A stretch of 56,247 nucleotides of DNA from Cyanophora paradoxa CCMP329 (lineage: Eukaryota; Plantae; Glaucophyta): the NCBI GenBank assembly GCA_004431415.1, contig QPMI01000301.1:1-56247 (forward strand), given 5' to 3'. The position numbers and the translations under genes are program-made. The notes beneath the pieces are model-generated. The model did not search any database. It worked only from the letters and a program-made list of their open reading frames with translations, and had not been told where the DNA came from. This document shows positions 49,055-56,247 of this stretch, piece by piece. The first letter of the stretch is position 1. The number at the start of each line of letters is the position of its first letter.

Positions 49055-52000
49055 CTACATGGCGGGCAGGTCGCGGGCGAGGGCCCCGAGGGAGAGGCCG
49101 CCGAGGCGCGCCGCCTGCAGGCGCTCCCACGCCTCGGCCCCTCGAGGGCCGCCGCCGCCGCGGCGCGCTCCGCCCGGGCCGACGCCTCGCGGGCGGCGCG
49201 GAGGCCCTCCTCGAGGAGCCCCGCGGGGCCCGGCCCCGGGGCCCGCACGGCGGGGCGGGGCCTCCTCGGCCCCCCCGCCCCGCGCACCGCCCCGCGAGCT
49301 CCCAGAAGCGCGCCTCCGCCTCCGTCACCGGCGCCGCCGCCGCCGCCACCGGCGCCGGGAGCGGCGGCGACGAGGGCGGCGCGAGGCGCGGGCGCGGCGG
49401 GGCCGGCCGGGGACCCCGCGGAGCTGCGGCGCGGGGAGGGGCGGGGGCGAGCTCGAGGGAGGCGGGGCGGAGGGCGGGCGGGAGCGGGGCCGGGAGGTGC
49501 GGGGGCGGGCGGGGGCGGGGCGGGAGGAAGGCGGCGAGGGCGCGGGGCCGGCGTCGAGGCCGCCGAGCAGGAACTCGAGCAGGGGGCCCAGCGCTCCCGC
49601 CCGCCCCACCGCCCCCGCCACCCCGCCACCGCCCGCGCCGCCGCCTCCCGCGCCGCGGCGGTGCCGGCGGCGGCGGCGGCGCGGGCGAGGAGGCGGTGGG
49701 CGTAGGCGGCGAGGTCGGCGGGGCCGGGGCGGCCGGCGGGGGCAGCTCGGGGAGGCGCGCGGCGCGGAGGGCGGCCTCGAGGGCGCGCAGGCGCGGCTCG
49801 GCCCACCAGTCGGGGGCGGGAGGCGGGGTCCAGGGCGGCGAGCTCGGCGGGGGCCAGTCGGGGCGGCGGCGGCCGCGCGGCGGGCCTCCTCGCCGAGGGA
49901 GGCGAGGGCCTCGTTGTAGGCGCGCGCCAGCGTCGACGCCTCGGGCGCCCCCGCCCCGCCAAGCAGCTCCTCCATCCGCGCCTCCACCTCCTCCCGCGCC
50001 CCCGCCCCCGCACCGCCGGCGCCCCGGGGCTCGCCCCCGCCAGGAACGCCAGCGCCTCCGCCAGCGGCCCCGCCGCCGCCCGGCCCCGGGGGGCGGCCAC
50101 CACGCGCACCCCCGCGACGGCGCTCCCTCGCCCACCTGGGGCGCCTCAGCGAGGGGCGGGGCGGGGCGGGGGCGGGGGCGGACCTCGGTGAGGAGGGCGC
50201 GCTCGACGGCGGCGGCGTCCGCCTCGCCCCGAACGAGGCGAGGAGGGCGAGGGGCAGGCGCGCGCCCCCGGCGGGGCGCAGCGCGGCGAGCACGCCGGCG
50301 AGGCGGCGCCGCTCGGCAGCCCAGAAGGCGTGCGAGGGCGGGCTGGGGACGTGGAGGGCGAAGAGCAGGGCCTGGGCGCCGGCGCTGCCGCAGGGCGGGG
50401 CGGCGTCGGGGCCGGCCGGGGGCGCCGGGGCGGCGACGGCGGAGAGGAAGAGGAGGCGGCGGGCGGCCGGCGCGAGCGCAGCCTCCGCCACCGCCGCCCG
50501 CCCCGCCGGCTCCAGCGCCGCGCAGCAGAGCGCCAGCGCGTCCGCGGGCGCCCCGCCGGCCGCCCACCGCAAGCGCCCGCCGCAGCGCTGTCGCCGTGGC
50601 CCGCGCGGCGGCGGCGTCGCGGGGTCGGGGATGGGGCCGGGGCGGCGGGGCTGGCGGGCCGGAGGAAGTGCGGGGCGGGCGGCGGGGCGAGGCGGCGGCG
50701 GCGTCGGGAGGGAGACGACGAGCTGGGAGCGGTGAGGGGCGGCGAGGCCGGCGCGGGGCGGGGGCGGGGCGGGGCGGACCTTGAAGTGGAGGCGGGAGCG
50801 GGCCGGGTCGCGCGCCGCCAGGATCGGGCCCACCACCGACGCCAGGTCCGCCGCCCCCGCCCTCCCGACACCCTGCCCGCCCCGTCAGCCGTTCCGGCGC
50901 GGCGGCGAGGGGCGGCCGGCGCACGGGGCCGGCGGGGCGGGCTCGAAGGAGGGAGGGCGGAAGGGCCGGCGCGGCTGCGGGCCGGCGGCGGCAGCGGCGG
51001 CGCGGGCGGCGAGGCGCTCCTCGAAGCGGCGGCGGCGCTCCTGCGGCGGCGTGACGGGCGGCGGCGGGGCAGGGTGGGGCGGGGCGGGGGCGGACGGCGG
51101 CGGCGGCGGCGGCCTCCTCGTGGGAGACGGGGCCGGGAGGAGGGCCGCCACCGCCCGCGCTGCCGCCTCCTGCAGCGCCCGCTCCGCCGCCAGCGGGTCT
51201 GGCGGGGGCGGCGGGGCGGCTCGGGGGCGCGAGGGGCATCTCTTCGTCCCACTCGGCGGCGCTGCGGGGCGCCTCGGCGGGAGCGGGAGGGGCGGGGGCG
51301 TGGCGGGCGGACCGGAGGCGCTTGGAGTCGTCGGGGCGGGGCGAGGCGAGGGCCTCTGGAGGGGATGCGAGCCCCGGGCCGGCGCCGGACGCTGGGGCGC
51401 GGGGCGAGCCCTCGACCTCCACCATCTTGCGCTTGCCCGGTGGCGTCGCCGCCGCCATCACCGCCCCTGCCTCGCGCGACGGAGACGCCACCGGCAGCGC
51501 CGCCACTGCGAAACCGGCCGGCGGCGCCGCCTGGGCCGCCAGCGCCGCCGGGACCGACCCCGCGGGAAGGCGAGCGAGGCTGGGGGCCGCGCGGCGGGGT
51601 GAGGCTCGCCGCCGAGGGCAGCGCCTGCGGGGCGGGAGGCGGGGCGAGGGAGCCTCGCGGGGGCTCCGGGGAGGGGCCCCGGGGCGCCGGGGGCGGCCTC
51701 TGCGAGGGCGGGTGAGGAGGTGGCGCGGGGGCTGGCGGGCGCCGCACCGCGGGGCGAGGCGGCGGCCTCTGCCATCTCCGAGTCGCGCGGAGAGAGGGCC
51801 GGCGCCGCCGCCGCTCCGGCCGCGGCGGCAGGCGCCGGCGGCGGGGCGGTGGCGGCCACCGAGGCCGCGGCGGCCGGGGCAGCGGGCGGCTTGGCGGATG
51901 AGGGAGCGGGGGCCGCCGGCTCGGGAGCCCGCGCCAGCTCGGCAAGGGGGAGGGCAGGCGGCGCAGCCTTGCGGGGGGCGCGCGAGGGCCGGCTCGGGGG

Positions 52001-55000
52001 CGGCGGGGGAGGGGCGGGCGGGGGCCGGGGCGGGGCGGAGGAGGAGGGGGCGGGGGCCGTGGCGGCCGGCCCCTCCACGTCGGAGAGGAGGCCGTTCACG
52101 ATCTGCGGGGCCCTGAGCGGCCCCCGCGGCCCCCGGGGCGACGCGGGGCCGGCACCTCGCGGCAGGAGCGCCCGGCGGCCTTCGCTTCGATGATGCGGTC
52201 GTTGCGCCGCACCTTCACCTCCAGCTCTGGCCCCCCGCCGCCCCCGTCGGCCCTCGCCGCGCCCCGCCCCCGGGGGGGGCGCACTCTCGGGGAAGGGCCA
52301 GTTGCGGTCGGGAAGCTGCAGGGTCCCGTTGTCGGGCTGCAGGTCGTAGTACTGGAGCGGGGTGGGTGCGGGGTTGGGCGGGGGCGGGGGCGGGGGCGGG
52401 GCGGACGGTGCAGAAGTCGGCGAGCTCCTCCTCGTCGGTGAAGCAGAGGAGGTCGAGGAGGGCGCCCGGCGTGAAGCGCTCGTTGCTCGGCGAGGCGCGC
52501 ACCATGTGCCGCAGCGCCCCCACCCGCACCTGCCGCACCACCCGGTTCATGAGGCACCCGAACAGGTACGGCGCCCCCTGCCGCGCCGGCGTCAGCGGCG
52601 GGGGTGGCGCGGGGGGCGGGGCGGGGGCGGACGCGGAGGAGGCGGAAGAAGGTCTGGTGGCGGGCGTTGCGGTAGGCGGAGTGGATGGCGAGGGCGAGGC
52701 GGAGGTGGGGCGAGGCGATGACGGCGGGGCGGAGGTGCGGGAGGCGCTCGAGGACGTCGAACGAGTCCTCGTCGGAGAGGTGCACGAGGACGTGGAGGGC
52801 GCGGAACTCGGGCTCGTTGGGGCAGGCCCTCCCCGCGTGCTCCCACAGGTCGTCGTAGCACTCGTTGAGCGAGACGAGGGCCTTCACGAGCTGCTCCATG
52901 TTCTGCTTCGGGTCCATCGCCGACACGTCCGCCTCCCGCAGCCGGTGGTCCGCCAGCACGTGGAAGCGCACGATGCGCTCCAGGATGCCCGCCACCGTCC
53001 CGTCCCGGAGGCCCTGGATCGAGAAGTCCTGCCGGATCGACCGCGTCCGGTCCCGCAGGAACTTGTACACCTCCTCGAAGCTGTGCCCCGGCGCGTCCAG
53101 CACCTGCCGCCCCCTCAGCCCGCCTGCCCGGGGGCGGCGGGGCGCGGGGCGGGGCGTGGCGGGCCTCGTCGACGAGATAGTCCATGGTGCGCTGGAGGGT
53201 CTCCGGCGTGCGGACCTCCTCCGGCGTCGGGTTCGCCTGGCACGCCGCCGGCCGCTGGAACTTCTTGACGGCGCGCGCGTGGTCCACCTTGGGCTGCGCC
53301 AGGTGCTCCGTCCCCGGGAGCTGGCTCGGGGTGAGCGGGGTGCGGGGGGCGGGGGGCGGGCGGGCGGGCCATCTCGAAGGCGGCGAGGTCGAACGTCGTC
53401 TCCCGCTCGTACCGCTCCTTCTCCGGGCACATCTCCGTGCACCGGCCCACGATCGCCTGCGCCTCCGCCAGGTTCTGCCGCGGGCCCAGCTTGCTCTGGA
53501 TCACGTCGATCCCAAGCCCCGCCGCCCCCGCCGCCCCCGGCGGGGGCGACGGGGACGGGGCCGGCTCGGGCGGGCCGGCCCGCCGCTGCTCGAAGCGCGC
53601 CGCCCGCGAGGTGAGGCGCTCCTGCGCGAGCGGGCGGTCGGCGGGGCGGCGGGCGCCGGCGGGGCCCCGGGCGGCGTGCCTCGCTCTGGATGTCGCCCTG
53701 CGCCTCTGCCGCATCCGCCAGCTTCGCGATCCGCGGCGCCCGCGCCGCACCCGCCCCGCAGCCCCCGCCCCCACCCCGCTCGGCTGCGGGCTCACACTCG
53801 GCGCCGCCGCCGGCGCAGCCGAAGCCGCGGCGGTCGGCGGCGGGGCCCCGCGGCCGCGGCCTGGCGCCTTGGCTGGCCTGCCGCGCAGCGCGGGGCCTGC
53901 GGGGCGTGAGGGGGTGCGCGGGGCGGGGACGGGGAGGGAGGGCGGACGGCGGGGGCGGGCGGGGGCGGGGCTCCTCGGCAGCGGGCGGCTCCTCGGGGCC
54001 GCCTCGGGGCCCTCCCCGCCGGCCTCCTCCTCCGGCGCCGCCGCCCTCGCCCCGCCTGCGCGCCGTCGGCCGGTGCCGTCGCGCTTGGGCGGGGCGCGCT
54101 CACCGGGGCGGGGCGCGGGGGCCGGGGGCGCGGGGCGGGTCGTCGCGGAGGAAGATGTTGAGGCGAGCGCCGGAGGAGGGCTCGAGGCGGCCGAGCTTGG
54201 CGGCGCGCTCGGCGTCGATGCGGCGCACGAAGAGGGCGAGGGCGGAGCGCGCGGCCGGGTTGTAGTTGAGGTCCGCGAGCTCCCCGAAGCGCTCCAGGTG
54301 CGCCCGCAGCGCCTCCTCGCTCCCCAGCGCCCCGGCACCCCCGCACCACCACCGCCGTCGGCAGGCCCCCGCCCCCGCCCCCGCCCCGCCCGCGCCCCCG
54401 CCGCCTGGCGCCGCCCGCGCCCGGCAGCTCCGCCGCGGGGCACGAAGGGGCAGCCTCGGCACGGAGGCCACCGCGGGGCGGGCCGGGGCGCCGCGGGCGA
54501 AGGCAGAGGCGCCTGGCCCACCGAGGCGGGGCGCGGCGTGCGCCCCGGCCTGCTGCTGCGGCTGCTGCGGCTGCTGCGGCTGCTGCTGCTGCTGCTGCTG
54601 GAGGTGCTCGAGATGGGCGAGCTGCTGCTGCGCGGCCTGCCGCTTCCGCAGCAGCGCCTCCCGCAGGCCCGCCTCGTCCCCTGCCCCGCCCTCCTCCCCG
54701 CCCGAGCCCCCGACGCCCCCTCCTCCCCCGACGTCCCCTCCGCCCGCCCGTCGCCCCCGCTCCGCCCCGCCCCGTCCAGCCGCCCCGCCCAGCCCCAGGG
54801 CCGAACGCCGCGCCGCCGCTGGCGCGCGGGGCGGCGCCGGGCGCGGCGCGGGCGGGGGCGAGAGGAGCCGGCTCGGCGGGCTTCCACGGCTGGGCCTGCG
54901 CGGCGCCGGCGGGCAGGCGCCCGAAGACGGGCCCCGCCGCCGGCAGAGAGGGCGCCGCGGGGCCAGCGTGCCGAAGGCCGGCCCCGCCGTCGCCGCGGCG

Positions 55001-55888
55001 GGGGCGGCCGCCGCCTCGGCGGAGGCCGCGAGAGAAGAGCGCGCAAAGGCACTGCGGCCGCTGAACGCGCTGGCCTTCATCGCCGCGGAGCCGGCGGCGC
55101 CGGGGGCGGGCCGGAGGCGCTGAGGGCGGGGCCGGCGGGGCCGGGCGCGTCGGCGGCGGGGAAAGTGCGGGAGCCAAAGGAGGGCCGCGCGAGGGCGCCG
55201 CGACGGGGGCGGCCGGCAGCGTCCCAAAGGCCGGCGCCGACGCCCCCGCCGCCGCCTGCGGGGAGAGGCCGCCGAAGGTAGCGGGGGCCGTCGGCGAGCC
55301 GCCGGCCGCCCCGAAGGCCGGAGCACCGCGGCTCGCGAGGAAAGCCGGGCCGCCGCCAAAGGCCGACGCCGGGGCCGCCGGGGCAGCCTGCGCGGCACCG
55401 GCGGCGGCCCCGCCGAACGCCGGTTGCCCGAAGGCCGCCTGTCCGAAGGTGGGGGCACCCCGCGCCACGCCTGCACCGCCCGCTCCGCCCGCCTGTCCTG
55501 CTCCTCCGAATGCGCTCCCTCCGCTCGCGCCTCCCGGGAACAAGCGCTTCGCCGCGGGGGCGCCCTGGTTCCACGCGTTCCCGCCCTGGGCGCCGCCGGA
55601 TTGCACCGCTGCTGCACCGAAGGTCGGCTGCATACTCTCGCTCGAGGCTCCGGGATGGAGGCCCGATGGCGGCGGGAGCGACATGCCGCTCGCGCCCACC
55701 GAGCCGAAGGTCATCCGCTGCGATCCGAACGCCGGCTGCCCCGCTGCGCCGAACGCCGATCCTGTGCTCGCCTGTGCAGCGCCTCCGAATGCCGAGCCCG
55801 TGCCCGGCTGTGCCTGCTGACCGAAGGCAGACCCGCGCCCGAAGGCGGAACCGCCCCCGCCAGGGCCGGGCACGCCGAAAGGCTGCAT
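49055..55888 (-). CDS. SAC3: SAC3/GANP (TREX-2 scaffold) with N-terminal FG repeats and an RRM-like segment
   Basis: N-terminal SAFG/AFG repeats. LRAHLERFGEL..L (RRM-like). IVGRCTEMCPEKERYERE, AVKKFQRPAA...VRTPETLQRTMDYL, YKFLRDRTRSIRQDFSIQ, LERIVRFH, CPNEPEFRA. The 3' end is approximate. Confidence 0.85.
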
Positions 55889-56025
55889 TCGTGGAGTCAG
55901 CGAGCGCGGGAGCACGGTCGCTGGCTCTTTCGCACGTTCATCGCCAGCGCGAATCTCGCGCAGCGAACGAAGCGAGGGGTGTATCAGGGAAGGAACCCGT
56001 CGGGGATACAGGCTCATACACACGG

Positions 56026-56247
56026 ATGTCATCACCGCACGCGCGGGCGACGCCACTGGCCGCGACGCCACCTCGAAGCGGCGGGAAAATCAACGAAGAT
56101 GAGGAAGCGCTAGCGCTCGATGCAATCGAAGAATTCATGCGATATATGGGCCTCAGGGGCGCCTTGGCCGCTCTCGACGAGGAGCGGCAGAGGCTCTTCA
56201 AACAGCAGCAACAAACACAACAACCTCAGTCCCCTCGCTACAGCTCA
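56026..56247 (+). CDS. 5' part of a LisH-motif protein (runs off the window)
   Basis: MSSPHAR...EEALALDAIEEFMRYMGLRGALAALDEERQ fits the LisH pattern. The frame is open to the window end and lies head-to-head with SAC3. Confidence 0.55.
   Translation, partial: MSSPHARATPLAATPPRSGGKINEDEEALALDAIEEFMRYMGLRGALAALDEERQRLFKQQQQTQQPQSPRYSS

Overview
This is eukaryotic nuclear DNA: gene-dense, very GC-rich, and split by many short (about 50-100 nt) spliceosomal introns. Most long ORFs in the supplied track are shadow frames. Manual splicing gives about 20 genes: plastid-type IF3, Sec12, an NDP-glucose 4,6-dehydratase, RTF1, an atypical ARF-like GTPase fusion, two tandem SUMOs, OFCC1-like, a C2/Pro-rich protein, Trm82/WDR4, NAA60-like, a DnaJ protein, TPK1, a plastid FGGY kinase, CFAP99, SAC3/GANP, a LisH protein start and several unknowns. 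Transit peptides without signal peptides, plus a flagellar gene, suggest a flagellated alga with a primary plastid, possibly a glaucophyte (inference). Four signals stand out. (1) In some genes about half of the introns use GC donors, always after an exonic G, and lack a polypyrimidine tract. (2) A strand-symmetric C-rich/G-rich oscillation is phased on introns and extends into synonymous codon choice. (3) AT-richer intergenic islands are built from overlapping micro-palindromes and a shared set of 10-11-mers, with direct local evidence for palindrome-creating indels. (4) A cluster of partly nested non-autonomous DNA transposons lies at about 40.4-43.3 kb. CDS coordinates span start to stop including introns. 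All family calls are from motif recognition; no database searches were run.
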